A stretch of DNA of 64,000 bases from Carpediemonas membranifera BICM (lineage: Eukaryota > Protista > Fornicata), in contig JAHDYR010000062.1 in NCBI GenBank assembly GCA_019828565.1, forward strand, positions 1,436,421 through 1,500,420, written 5' to 3'. Positions 21,854 through 32,301 of this stretch are shown one piece after another. How positions within the stretch are numbered: the stretch's first letter is position 1; every line of letters starts with the position of its first letter. Under the pieces are notes generated by a model. It was not told the origin of the DNA. It searched no databases and was given only the letters and a program-made list of their open reading frames with translations. Position numbers and translations under genes: made by a program.

Positions 21854-22942
21854 TCAGGATGGGTCGTCTTCGAGGCCAGTTATCTTGTCAACGAATCGTC
21901 TGAATTTCACCCGCATCCTGGCATGCCTTTCTCTGCGGCGCTGCCAGAAGGATTTACGGGGCTCCACCTGCGGCCTGGCCGCCAGACGATCGACCTCGGT
22001 CTGCAGGGCCACCAACTGTGTGGTGAGCTCGTCGACCTCGCGGGTATACCTCGTCTCGAGGGCCATGCGAGCACTGATCTCCAGCTGCAGCGAGTCTTCG
22101 AGTGCGTTGGTCCTCGATGTTGCCCCGTGGACCATCTGGAGTAGGTTGACCATATTGTCACGGAGGGACGGTTGGTCAGATCTGATCCGATCAGCCACGG
22201 TGTCGGTGCCGGACGAGTCCACATAGGGGTCATACGCCTTCAGGATACCGGACTCATAGCTTTCGTCGAAGAAAATGTCGTTCGCATCAACAGTGTCTGA
22301 ACCACCCGCCGTCAGCGTCTCAGTCTCGTCGCTGTTGCTGTACTTGCGAAGGATCGATTCGCGGATGTTGTCGAGCTCATCAGCGGCCATCGTCGGGGTC
22401 CAGATATGGCCCGACTCAAATGGGCTGGCCCTCACCATGACCCGGTCGCCCCTGCGCTCGATGACGCCCTCCCGCTGCTGTGCCGCGATGAACTGCGCGA
22501 AGTTGTTGTACGTCTCGATGAACTGAGGCGCTACCTCTTCCATGAAGCGCTGTACCCGAGCGAGCGATGCTGTTCCTGTTGCCGAGTCGCAGCAGAGGGT
22601 GATGGCGTCGAGTAGAAGGGTGTCGAGGCCGATGTCCTGCTTGTAGCTGATGAGTGTTGACTCGTCTGCAGGCAGCAGTCGTACAAACTCGCTATGCCTA
22701 CCAGAAAGCTGTTCAGGATCTCGCTGGATCCAACATGAAAACAAGCCCACCGATGCTCCAATTCTAATCAGGTCCGGGATATTGTCGACAGCGTGGTTGC
22801 ATGCCTCTTCCCAGTCCTCCCAATGTTCCTTCACGTAGCGTGAGACGTTCTTCAAGCTGTCCACTTCCAGGTCTCGCTCTTCGAAGTATTCAGAAATCAC
22901 CTCATGCAGTTTCAAAAGCTCCTCTCTGGAAACTCTATGCAT
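21854..22942 (-). CDS. Hypothetical protein with C-terminal coiled coil and basic tail
   Basis: ORF from MHRVSREELL; heptad region LEDSLQLE...LQTEVDRL. Confidence 0.65.
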   Translation of the reverse strand: MHRVSREELLKLHEVISEYFEERDLEVDSLKNVSRYVKEHWEDWEEACNHAVDNIPDLIRIGASVGLFSCWIQRDPEQLSGRHSEFVRLLPADESTLISYKQDIGLDTLLLDAITLCCDSATGTASLARVQRFMEEVAPQFIETYNNFAQFIAAQQREGVIERRGDRVMVRASPFESGHIWTPTMAADELDNIRESILRKYSNSDETETLTAGGSDTVDANDIFFDESYESGILKAYDPYVDSSGTDTVADRIRSDQPSLRDNMVNLLQMVHGATSRTNALEDSLQLEISARMALETRYTREVDELTTQLVALQTEVDRLAARPQVEPRKSFWQRRRERHARMRVKFRRFVDKITGLEDDPS

Positions 22943-23301
22943 CTCGGTTTGGGGCGAGCAAGCAGTTTCCACTTCGGATCGTCGAATCGGTGCAGTTTAG
23001 CCGAGATCGCCGCTCAGCTTCACATTAGGGCCCATGGCCAATGGGGCCATGGATAAATGGTATGTATACGCTGTGCAGTCCGTGATTTCCAGATTTGCTT
23101 TTTTTGGCTCCGTCAGGGCCGACTTATCGTATCTCAACCACTTGTTCCAACGTGTCCGGCTCCTGTCATTACCGAGCATCAGCTGTCTCGGAGGAAGGAA
23201 GTACAACAGCTCGCAAGCCCCTTCGACCAGGGCCGAACCACCATAAACTGCAAATGATGGAGTCATTTGGCCCAACCGAACAGCAGAGGGACACATAAGC
23301 G

Positions 23302-26178
23302 TCAGAGTTTACAACAAGTCTCGCAGATACCAGGGAGCGACACAGTCAGCACGGTGCCCTGCTCGGCCCTAGACTTGACGTCGATCGACCCGCCGTGGGC
23401 GTCAACGATGCCCTTGACGGCGGCCATGCCCAGCCCGCGGCCAGTGAACTTCGTCGAGAACATGGGCTCGAACAGACGGTCCATGACGGCAGCGTCCATG
23501 CCGCAGCCCGTGTCCGCAACCCGGACGAACGCGGCTGTGCCTGACTCGGTCGTCTCGGTACCAGTGGAGACAGTGACGACGCCCTCGTCAGTGCCGATGG
23601 ACTCGACGCCGTTCATAAACAGGTTCTCGACAGCATGACCGAGCTGCACCTCGTCAGCCTGCACCAGCAGCAGCGACAGTTGATCAGCTAGCTGCCACGC
23701 GACCGAGACGTTAGCGGGCAAGTCGGCCAGCAGGAAAGGCCTGAGCTGCTCGACCATGGCCGTCAAGTTGACCAAGCCCATGTTGATCTCCGTCTGGCCC
23801 GTGTACATTCTGAGCTGGGCGATGATGGAGTCGACAGTCGCCGTGGATTCGACGATCTCCTTCATAAGCAGGGCAAGCTCACCGTTGGTGGGGCTGTCAG
23901 GCGTGATGGTCTCGATGATCGACCTTGCATTGCCCGTGATCACTCTTAAAGCGACAGTAAAGTCGCTCGCGATCATACCAGAGAGGACGCAGAGGCTCTC
24001 CATTCGCTGGGCCTTGTGTGCCTGCTTCTGGATCAGCGCCTTGTCCTCCAGTGACTCCACCGTGCCCGTCGCGTCATAAGTCATGCCCAGCACGTATTGA
24101 ACCCCGCTCTCTTCATGAGTTGCCCGGTTGACCTTGGCAATGACATGCTTGAGCGTGCCGTCCGCTCTTATGATGCGGTGACCGATCTGCGCCGACTGCT
24201 TGACATTGCTGTCCATGAACGCGTCGAACTCGCGCTGGACCTTGTCGACGTCGTCAGGGTGGGTGATGTGCATCTGCCAGAAGCTGGCGTTCTCCATCAC
24301 CGCAGCCACAGGGTAGCCTGTCAGCGTCTCGAAGTACTCGCTGGCGAATACCATCTTCAAACCGTCTTCCCGGATCTCGGCAAGATAAACATACGACTCC
24401 ACCTGAGTCATGATTGCCTTCAACTTGGCCTCGTACTCCGCAAGCCGCTCCTGCCGCTCAACGATTGCGGTCACGTCCGACACCGTGCCTGCGATGCGGG
24501 TGAGTTGGCCTCTACTGTTGATCACAGGCCTCGACCGGAACAAGGCGTGTTTCACTTCCCCGCTGGGCAGCACCAGCTTCCGGACGGCGTCAGTGATGGC
24601 GCATGCAGGATCGTCTATACTTGCTGAATACAGGACGTCTACGGCATTATGAAGGTCTTCCCGCCCCTCTGGGGCGATAACCCCAACCCACAGCGACTCG
24701 TCGGCCATGATCTCAGCTGCCGTGTGGCCAAACAGCTCCCTGCACCCCTGTGTGATGTGCACGAAGTGGTCCCAATTCCCCTCATCCCCAGCCCCGCGGC
24801 CCCGGATCCACCAGGTGCTCTGGGCCATCGCGTCGAGCAGCTGGAACAGCCCGTCGGTCTGTCTGAGCACGGTCATGGTCTGACAAGTCTGGGTCATGTC
24901 GCGTGAGATTCCTATGGAAGATACGGGTGTTCTGGTCGCATCACGGAGTAGTGCGGAATGGCTTTTTGTCACGGTAATGGCGCCGGTGACACTGTGGATG
25001 TAACTAACTGTGTAAGGCCGGGGAGAACCAAGGGACGTACTGGTGACGTTGAAGTCGGTCGGCCTCCCCCCGTGGAACTGCCTTAGCCGCCTCGCCACCC
25101 ACTCGCGCTGCTCAGGCACAATGGCGTCCAAGTGCTTGCTGCTGTCGGTCATGAGCTCGCTGCTGGAAATCCCGGTCCACCGCTCCCAAGCGGGGCTGAT
25201 GTACTGGACGGAGAAGTCGGCCGTCGCGGTTACAGAGAGCACCCACATCATCTCGTCGACCATGTCGTTGGACATGGAGTCGGCCACCGCCCTCACGTCG
25301 CTCGCCTCTTGCTCTTCCCGGGCTTCGTCGGTGATGTCACGAATAGTCCCGAACGCACCGAGACTACCGGCATATGAATATCTGGTTCCCATCGCCTTCA
25401 CGTGACGTAGCTCGCCTGTGTCACGGGCTACGATCCGATATGTAGATTCAAACGTGGCCTCGTGTCCTGAGATAAATGCCACGTACGTTTCCTTGACCGC
25501 ATCGATGTCACGTGGGTCGATACTTGACAACCAGAGGTCAGCTGTAAGTTCGGGAACGGAAACACCCCAAATCTTAGCCAACGCATCTGATACAAAGTCA
25601 AGTCGGAATCTGGCGGGAGTGTCAGTGTCGAACGTCAGAGCCCAGAAGCCCTCGACGTAGGTTTTGTTCATGAGCCCACGCAGGTCAACACCGTAATCAC
25701 CGTCGACGAAGTCATGCTCCCAGCTAGCGAGGATGCTCTCAGCCTCAACTTTGCCGTGCAACATCACCTTTGACAGCCGGCCGTTGTGTTGGAAAGAGCA
25801 ACTGGCCGTCCATAAGATGGGGATTAACGTGCCATCAGGGAGGGTTGCCGCGTCATTGAACCGTGTGGACGGGCATGCATTGGTAAGGCCGGCCAGAGCG
25901 GCCGCGAGTGCCTCTCTCCGGTGCCCGGGCGGGAAGGGATGCCCGGCGAAGAGCTTGTCGGCCATGTAGTTGCTATGAACGGGCGATAAATCATGTGAGA
26001 GCATGCAAAAGACGAATGGAGTGCCCATCAGTGCCGCAAGCAGTGTTTGGGCGTACTCCCGCTTGGCTCTGAGCTCATCGCGGAGCCGCTGGTTGATCCT
26101 CAGCTGTGCCTTGATCTCCAAGAGCATGTCTTCCTCGGACATGCCTTCAAACCGCGAGAAATCCATGTTCTCGGCCAT
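23302..26178 (-). CDS. Multi-PAS histidine-kinase-like protein lacking the phospho-acceptor His (paralogue of 18989-21817)
   Basis: Same architecture as 18989-21817. H-box reads MESLCVLSGMIASDF (His to Ser). ATPase motifs ENLFMNG, DTGCGMD, FEPMFSTKFTGRGLGM, HGG are intact. Confidence 0.9.
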   Translation of the reverse strand: MAENMDFSRFEGMSEEDMLLEIKAQLRINQRLRDELRAKREYAQTLLAALMGTPFVFCMLSHDLSPVHSNYMADKLFAGHPFPPGHRREALAAALAGLTNACPSTRFNDAATLPDGTLIPILWTASCSFQHNGRLSKVMLHGKVEAESILASWEHDFVDGDYGVDLRGLMNKTYVEGFWALTFDTDTPARFRLDFVSDALAKIWGVSVPELTADLWLSSIDPRDIDAVKETYVAFISGHEATFESTYRIVARDTGELRHVKAMGTRYSYAGSLGAFGTIRDITDEAREEQEASDVRAVADSMSNDMVDEMMWVLSVTATADFSVQYISPAWERWTGISSSELMTDSSKHLDAIVPEQREWVARRLRQFHGGRPTDFNVTSTSLGSPRPYTVSYIHSVTGAITVTKSHSALLRDATRTPVSSIGISRDMTQTCQTMTVLRQTDGLFQLLDAMAQSTWWIRGRGAGDEGNWDHFVHITQGCRELFGHTAAEIMADESLWVGVIAPEGREDLHNAVDVLYSASIDDPACAITDAVRKLVLPSGEVKHALFRSRPVINSRGQLTRIAGTVSDVTAIVERQERLAEYEAKLKAIMTQVESYVYLAEIREDGLKMVFASEYFETLTGYPVAAVMENASFWQMHITHPDDVDKVQREFDAFMDSNVKQSAQIGHRIIRADGTLKHVIAKVNRATHEESGVQYVLGMTYDATGTVESLEDKALIQKQAHKAQRMESLCVLSGMIASDFTVALRVITGNARSIIETITPDSPTNGELALLMKEIVESTATVDSIIAQLRMYTGQTEINMGLVNLTAMVEQLRPFLLADLPANVSVAWQLADQLSLLLVQADEVQLGHAVENLFMNGVESIGTDEGVVTVSTGTETTESGTAAFVRVADTGCGMDAAVMDRLFEPMFSTKFTGRGLGMAAVKGIVDAHGGSIDVKSRAEQGTVLTVSLPGICETCCKL

Positions 26179-26262
26179 GCGCCTTCAGCTTTTCAATCTA
26201 CATGTCAAACCTAACTTGCGCCACACATTCTCATCATCTGATTGCTTGCCAACTTACCTTTA

Positions 26263-27855
26263 TCACGCCTCGATCCTTGCCCGCTTCGAGTCAGGCCCCG
26301 CGAACTCTGCGCAGCCCCCGCAAGTGTAGTCACCGTCGACGCAGCTGCGGTGGGCCTTCTTCCCACAACCCGAGCACCGCACGCAGCCCCAACCGTCGAC
26401 AGCCTTGCCGCACAGCTCGCACGACCCGCCCCGAGCAGTCCGCTGGTTTCGGGCGACAGCCCTGCTGGGGTGGGTGGCGATGGTGACGGATGACGGGGCT
26501 GACGTGCTTCCAGTGCGTGCTGAAGTCGGCGTGCGGTCACTCGAGGACACAGTCTCGCGACTCTTCTCTGTCTGCACGGCCACGTCGACCCTGCTCTCCT
26601 GGTCGGGCACGGGTAGCTCCAAGGCGGCCAAGGCTTCCGACGCTTGCAGCTTGGCCACGAGCACAGTCACACGGCCCTCGGCTGCGACACGGCGGGTCGA
26701 CTCCTCTTCTAAGCGGGCCCGAGTCGCGCGCAGGGCCTGCTTGAGGTCATCGAGGGCCCCCTGGTCCACCGGACGGACCTCAAGCCCGGGTCGCTGGGGC
26801 GGGTCAGCTGCAGTCACTGCGGCCTTGGCAGCAGCGGCGGCATTGCTGAGGTGCTCGACAGTCGTCGTGACCAGTGCCCCGAGCCGCTCGAGCCCAGTCA
26901 GCTCGGGCATCGCGGGGACACGCAGGGCAGCAATGGCGGGGCTTTGCCGAGCAATGGGCACCGGAACCCTCGCCTCAAGCACGGCGAGGGCCTCCTTGAG
27001 CGCGGCGACGTCGTCCCTCAGCCCTGCGGCCTCGGCGACGGCCCTGTCCCGCTCAGCAGACGTCGTTTCGAGGGCGGCGCCCAGGCCGGCCATGTCCTTC
27101 ATAAGCCGGTCCTGGCGCTGGGTGAAGCGGCGCACGGTCTCGTCAGTGGAGGCAACGGCAGTTTCGACGGCTGCGTGTGCGGATTTGAACGAGGACACCT
27201 GGGCCTCGAGATGGGTCTGGAAGTCGGCCAGCGCGTCCTGGTGCTGGTCTCGCTGCTTGAGACTGTCCGCGATGCGCTCTGCCTCTGCCTGCAGGACGTT
27301 CTTCTCGGCCACGATCGACTGCAGCTGTCGCACCAGGAAGCCCATCTGCGTCTCCAGCAGTGCTGTCCGACTCTCGTGTGTGGCGTTGAGCTCCTCGAGC
27401 TGCTGGTGGGCCATATCGAGATCCCGCTGGCGGGCGCGGGTCTCGGCCGAGTAGTGCTCCGCGGTCCGCTCGAGCTCGGACACCTTCTGGAGCAGGACGG
27501 TGCGCTCCTCCACGTGGGTCTGCTCCTTGCCTATGCAGTTCGTGCGCTCGGTCTCGAGGGCCTTGGTCTTGTCCGCCAGCTGGGTGCGGAGAGTTGAAAC
27601 CGCCATGTGGAGACGAACAAGAGCAGGCGCGATTTCAGGTGGGTCTGTTTGAAGCGCTATAGTAGTTTGAATGTGATCAGCTTCTATTTCTGGTTCAGGC
27701 TGTGGTTCTTCAGGCTCTGCAGGTTGCTTTTCATGTTCTTCCTCTAAAGTGGAGTTGTTCTCAACAATCTCTGCGGTTTCCTGCTTTTCTACGTCATTCT
27801 CGTGTACTGGAGCACCATCCTGCGCCTTGTCTTCCTTATCGGCCATGGCGTCCAT
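26263..27855 (-). CDS. Long coiled-coil protein with C-terminal C4HC3 (PHD-like) zinc finger
   Basis: Extensive heptads; CELC...CSGCGKKAHRSC...CGGC; terminal SKRARI, a possible NLS. Confidence 0.75.
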   Translation of the reverse strand: MDAMADKEDKAQDGAPVHENDVEKQETAEIVENNSTLEEEHEKQPAEPEEPQPEPEIEADHIQTTIALQTDPPEIAPALVRLHMAVSTLRTQLADKTKALETERTNCIGKEQTHVEERTVLLQKVSELERTAEHYSAETRARQRDLDMAHQQLEELNATHESRTALLETQMGFLVRQLQSIVAEKNVLQAEAERIADSLKQRDQHQDALADFQTHLEAQVSSFKSAHAAVETAVASTDETVRRFTQRQDRLMKDMAGLGAALETTSAERDRAVAEAAGLRDDVAALKEALAVLEARVPVPIARQSPAIAALRVPAMPELTGLERLGALVTTTVEHLSNAAAAAKAAVTAADPPQRPGLEVRPVDQGALDDLKQALRATRARLEEESTRRVAAEGRVTVLVAKLQASEALAALELPVPDQESRVDVAVQTEKSRETVSSSDRTPTSARTGSTSAPSSVTIATHPSRAVARNQRTARGGSCELCGKAVDGWGCVRCSGCGKKAHRSCVDGDYTCGGCAEFAGPDSKRARIEA

Positions 27856-27957
27856 CCGGCGTGTGGACTATTCTGCACGACCCCGGCGAACAGCCAACGC
27901 CACCTTAGTCAACGCCTCCCTCGCCACAAACCAGCGTCATCCGCCCGCTGTGGGAAT

Positions 27958-29208
27958 TTACACGGCCATCTCGTTGAGGCGGGCCTCCATTGCATTGAGC
28001 ACCCCATCGACAGTCTCAGCGGAGTAGAACTTAGGGCTGAACCCGAGAACGACCCTGAGGTCGCCCTGGGCCTCCAGGAAGTGGACTCCAGTGAGCGGGT
28101 TCATCTCACCCCGACCCATGACGTGACTCTCGACCGACGTCGCCATAATCTCGCCCTGCTGGTTGGGGAAGTGGCCGATGTTGCTGACGACAGCGCTGAC
28201 AGCGTACAGCCCGGCTATCTTGGCGGGGTCTGTCTTGGTATAAATCATGGTCCGCCACGGCTCTCCCGCCTCGATGGTCTTGGCCGTCCTTGAAGCTAGG
28301 TCTGCCGCGAGCTCCCATAGGTCGGAGTCGGGGCCGATATCTACCGCAAGGTTGAAAGTGCCGGCGATCGAGTTGATGCAGTCGGCCGGGACGGGGGATT
28401 TGGTCGACCCGCGGAGGTCCGCGGCCATCGAGAGGTTGACCGTGCGGGTCGACACCTCTCCCGCCTTCTTGTTGGCAACGTCTGCGATGGCCGCGGCGTA
28501 TGCGACTGTCAGAGGCCCATTGACCGTGAGGTCGTGGGCCTTGCACTGCGCCTTGAAGCGCCGGAACAATTCGGGGTCGACCTTGAGGACCTTATCCTGC
28601 ACAAACACAGGCTTGGACTCGTCGATGTCCTGGGGCTTGGCGAGGGTCACATAGCCCTCGACGGGGGGTAGGTCGGGCAGTTTAAGGTCGGGCACGAGCT
28701 CGAATATGTCGAACATAGGCATCTCATCGACCTCAATGGTGGCATTGGGGTCTTCTGCGAGTGTGTTGAGGTGCCTGAGGATGTCCTGAGTCCAGATGAG
28801 GGCAGACTTGCCGTCGAACACGCGGTGGTCTCCTAGCACCACCAGGTTCGATGGCGATGGCGCGTTAGGCTCGGGCTGGAGCAGAAGGACGCGGCAGAAT
28901 GTGTCGGACACGTCAAAGTGCTCGATCTCGTGGTGAAGTAGGTCGTCAATCTCTCGCCGAATGGCGTCTTCGTTGTCCTTGCAGATTCGAACTTCGAGCG
29001 GAATCTCGGAAAGTGGTGAACGAACGAGGTTCTCGCCGCTTTGAGCTGCGTTCAGATACGGATGTCTTCGGCGTGTGGCAGCAATTGCCTTCTTCAGGAC
29101 ATCGACGTCCAGTGTTTTGTTCAGACGAGCCCAAAGAGTGAGTGGAGCTCCGCCCATGGCGTTCCAGTACATCTCGCTGGGGTTAAGCTTGCGGTAGACG
29201 ATTGACAT
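27958..29208 (-). CDS. CoA-dependent acyltransferase of the condensation-domain/PapA5/alcohol acetyltransferase superfamily
   Basis: AIAATRRRHPYL, DHRVFDGKS (HxxxDG), CKAHDLTVNG, MAADLR, VVSNIG. Confidence 0.8.
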   Translation of the reverse strand: MSIVYRKLNPSEMYWNAMGGAPLTLWARLNKTLDVDVLKKAIAATRRRHPYLNAAQSGENLVRSPLSEIPLEVRICKDNEDAIRREIDDLLHHEIEHFDVSDTFCRVLLLQPEPNAPSPSNLVVLGDHRVFDGKSALIWTQDILRHLNTLAEDPNATIEVDEMPMFDIFELVPDLKLPDLPPVEGYVTLAKPQDIDESKPVFVQDKVLKVDPELFRRFKAQCKAHDLTVNGPLTVAYAAAIADVANKKAGEVSTRTVNLSMAADLRGSTKSPVPADCINSIAGTFNLAVDIGPDSDLWELAADLASRTAKTIEAGEPWRTMIYTKTDPAKIAGLYAVSAVVSNIGHFPNQQGEIMATSVESHVMGRGEMNPLTGVHFLEAQGDLRVVLGFSPKFYSAETVDGVLNAMEARLNEMAV

Positions 29209-29613
29209 TGTGGATGGTGTTCTGTCATGACGAGATCAATCTGATCATCGCCATTCGACCGCTCTGCTCACTCAAGGCGATGATCCAATGACCCCGCCCC
29301 GCTGTACTGATGCCAGGCAGGGCCGTTGCTCGCCCGAACTGGTGGGATGACAGGGCAGGTGGCCAGTCATTGCGTGGACATAGAGATGAGACGAAGACTT
29401 GTAGCGGACGGGTGGGAATAGCAATATGCAGACCATTGCGTGTGTCGCTCAGTCGGCCCGACTCATAAACGTATATAATAGCATGTAACACGGTAAATGT
29501 TCATTAACTTCCTTATCACGCCAGTTGACGACTCGGATAAACGACATTCCGTTGCTGGGGCGACAAGGGGCAACGTCGTAAAATTTAGAAAGGATGAACA
29601 TGGGCGGAAGATT

Positions 29614-31233
29614 CTATGATTCCTCGCGTTTGACGAGGGACACGCCCGGGCGGGCCATCGGCGGCAGCACAGGCATCGTCCTAGGGGGCGTCAGCAGTGC
29701 TGACAACTTGGCCGCGCCCATGGGCGGCAGGCGGACAGGCGGGAGGACGGGCTTGCTGCCCAAAGTGGTCAGAGAGGGGTGTCTCGCGTGGGTCGACTCG
29801 CCCTCATCATCGGACGCATCACCCTGCACCTCGATCGTGGAGGCAGTTGCCGATGGGGTGACTACCCGGCTAACAACGGTCGAGGTGAGGATGGGTGCCG
29901 CATCGCCGCTGGGCTTGCGGTACTGGGTGGTAATCGCATAGCCTGTCGCCATAGCCACGACGCTGCACACCAAGATGGTCGTGAAGAAGAGCACGACGAC
30001 CAGGACGCACAGGGCGAGCAGGCCAAACCAGCCGCCCGTCATGGCCAGCACGAGGAGCACAGTGCTGTCCGACGACGCGCCGTCGCCCGCGCCAGTGCCG
30101 TCGTGGAAGACGAAAACCTTGCCCGACGACGACGCAGAGACCCTGATGCTCGAAGCGCCCACCGCGAGAGCGTCAAGGTCTGTTACATACGCGAGGTTGA
30201 TCCCAAACCTTGATTCAGTCTTGAACGACCTCTCGTCCGCAGGGGTCGTCAGGGTGTCAGTTAGGGCCCATGTGTCGTCTGAGAGTGTGAAGATGAACAC
30301 GGATCCATCTATGCGTCCGTCGACAATCGTAGTCTGGGCACCGACGGCGAGGATAGCGTCACTCAGCCAGGCGAGCCGGGTGCCGAAGAGGGTGGCATCT
30401 GCGTGGTCTATTGCCAGGGTCGACTTCGTCCAGCCTCCCCCATCGGGCGCCAGGACGACGGCATAGGGGTTATTGATGACGCCCGTGTACCAGACCCCGA
30501 AGGCCACAGACCGGCCGTCGGGTGAGAATTGCGGGGGCCCATTGGTGTAGTGGCTTGGCATCATGTCGTGGACAGTCTCGCCGAAGGAGAACAGGCCCGT
30601 GGCTGGGTCCTTGTCCATAAACTGCACATAAGCTGCCAAGTCGGGGTCGGCGTCCCACATCAGCAATACAGCCTGTGTGTCGGATAGCGCCAGTCCAGCC
30701 GGAGGCGCATGGCCTCCTGGGTGCTTGATGACCTGGGTGTGGCCCCAGCCCGTGTTGGCGTCGCGACTGAAGACGACGATCGAAGAGTCGTTGAAAGAGA
30801 CCATGGCGGTGTTGCCACGGATGTCCCAGTCCATGAAGTTCATGTTGCGGCCCTGTAGGGCGTCTGGGAGCAATGCCTCGGTCGTCTCATACGCCCCGTC
30901 GACCTTCTCGATGAAGTAGACGATGTTCGCGGTTTCGTTACGATCCAGGACAATGAGTCTGCCGTCCGACATAGCCATCTTCCGCCCGAAGTAGCTGTTT
31001 GATCGAGTGGGGTTCGGGATCAGGATCTCGGTGGACATGTCGAGAGGATCTTCGAATATGTGGATGTAATCGGTCCCATCAGGTCCCGAATCCGCACCAG
31101 CCGCGAGAATACTCCCATCTGTAGCTAAATATCTGCCGAAGCTGCTTCCCTTGGCCGTGAAACTTGATTCAAAGGCATCAAAGGAAAGAGCAGAGCAAAA
31201 GAACGCTAGAACGAAGAAAGAAAGAAGTCTCAT
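29614..31233 (-). CDS. Type I surface protein: signal peptide, FG-GAP-like beta-propeller, TM helix, Pro-rich tail
   Basis: MRLLSFFVLAFFCSALS; repeats FGRYLA..LAAGA, FGRKMA, FGTRLA..LAVGA, FGINLA..LAVGA; long hydrophobic segment near the C-terminus. Confidence 0.8.
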   Translation of the reverse strand: MRLLSFFVLAFFCSALSFDAFESSFTAKGSSFGRYLATDGSILAAGADSGPDGTDYIHIFEDPLDMSTEILIPNPTRSNSYFGRKMAMSDGRLIVLDRNETANIVYFIEKVDGAYETTEALLPDALQGRNMNFMDWDIRGNTAMVSFNDSSIVVFSRDANTGWGHTQVIKHPGGHAPPAGLALSDTQAVLLMWDADPDLAAYVQFMDKDPATGLFSFGETVHDMMPSHYTNGPPQFSPDGRSVAFGVWYTGVINNPYAVVLAPDGGGWTKSTLAIDHADATLFGTRLAWLSDAILAVGAQTTIVDGRIDGSVFIFTLSDDTWALTDTLTTPADERSFKTESRFGINLAYVTDLDALAVGASSIRVSASSSGKVFVFHDGTGAGDGASSDSTVLLVLAMTGGWFGLLALCVLVVVLFFTTILVCSVVAMATGYAITTQYRKPSGDAAPILTSTVVSRVVTPSATASTIEVQGDASDDEGESTHARHPSLTTLGSKPVLPPVRLPPMGAAKLSALLTPPRTMPVLPPMARPGVSLVKREES

Positions 31234-31301
31234 CGTTGTCTGTATGATTGATGAGCAGTTGCTTGGCTCAACGGACCCAGAATGCCGATACGTCGATCTC
31301 G

Positions 31302-31351
31302 GACACAGAATCGATTTATGAATTTACTCGATCGACACAGAATCGATTTAT
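31302..31351 (+). repeat. Exact 18-bp direct repeat GACACAGAATCGATTTAT, two copies
   Basis: Copies at 31302-31319 and 31334-31351, each containing the palindrome AATCGATT, about 70-120 nt upstream of the surface-protein ATG. Confidence 0.85.
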
Positions 31352-32301
31352 CGTTCACGTAAAGGCAGGACGTTCATGAGCTGGGGAACCCGTCACGATA
31401 GGGTGAGATGATCGCGATCGTGGTGACGGTGGCGTTGAAATAATTGAACAAATTGAGTCAAGGAAATCCCAGCACCGCCAAGCGTCGTCAAAGCAGACCA
31501 GTAGTGAGGCCATATCGATCCAACGTGCTGTCTACGCATATTTTCATGGCTGCGGCGGCAATCAGCAGGCTGGCTGAGAATGCATCCATCTCAATGCTCG
31601 ATCCAATCCCAGATGCAGGTCGGATCTAATCGAATATGGCGCGGAGAAAGCCGAACACCATCTCGGCATGGCATATAACGCTGCAACGGTGATCTCTATG
31701 CTTTACTTAGCGCTATATCTTGAATCTATCTTCTGCGCCTGCGTCTTCTCTGGGTGCGAGACTTGGAAGTGATTTCAACCTCCTCAATCTCCTCGTGATT
31801 ATCCTCGATATCGGTTGTAGTTGGAACGAAAGCTGAGTTGATTTGCCCCATTGGCTGTGTGTGTGGCTGCGCGAAAAAAGGGTTGAGTGAAAAAATGTTC
31901 TGAAACACCATGCACTCATTCTCACTGACAACGTAATCTGAAGGCCTGCTCCAATACCAGGGGACGCCATTCTAAACAGCCTTGCTTTGCCTCTGTGTTC
32001 CATTTTCTCCTGCCAACCAGCTGACAGCCTCAGGCCCATGGGCGCCATTCTAGCTCATGATGCCTCTAGTTCGTATCAGAGTACGCCCCCCAGCCTATGG
32101 CCATACATCACTGCGGGTCGGCCCAGTATGTCGTGACATTCGTTGGTGACGGGAAAGAAGCTGCCGATAAGAACACGCGAGTGGCTCGGAGATCTGTCCA
32201 TATGTTTGCTCGCAAGGAGAGACTTGCCTCATCCACACGCGATGAAATCTGCAATTGTCTCGATGGTTCTCGAAATTCCGCTCGTCTTCACTTGACGGGA
32301 A

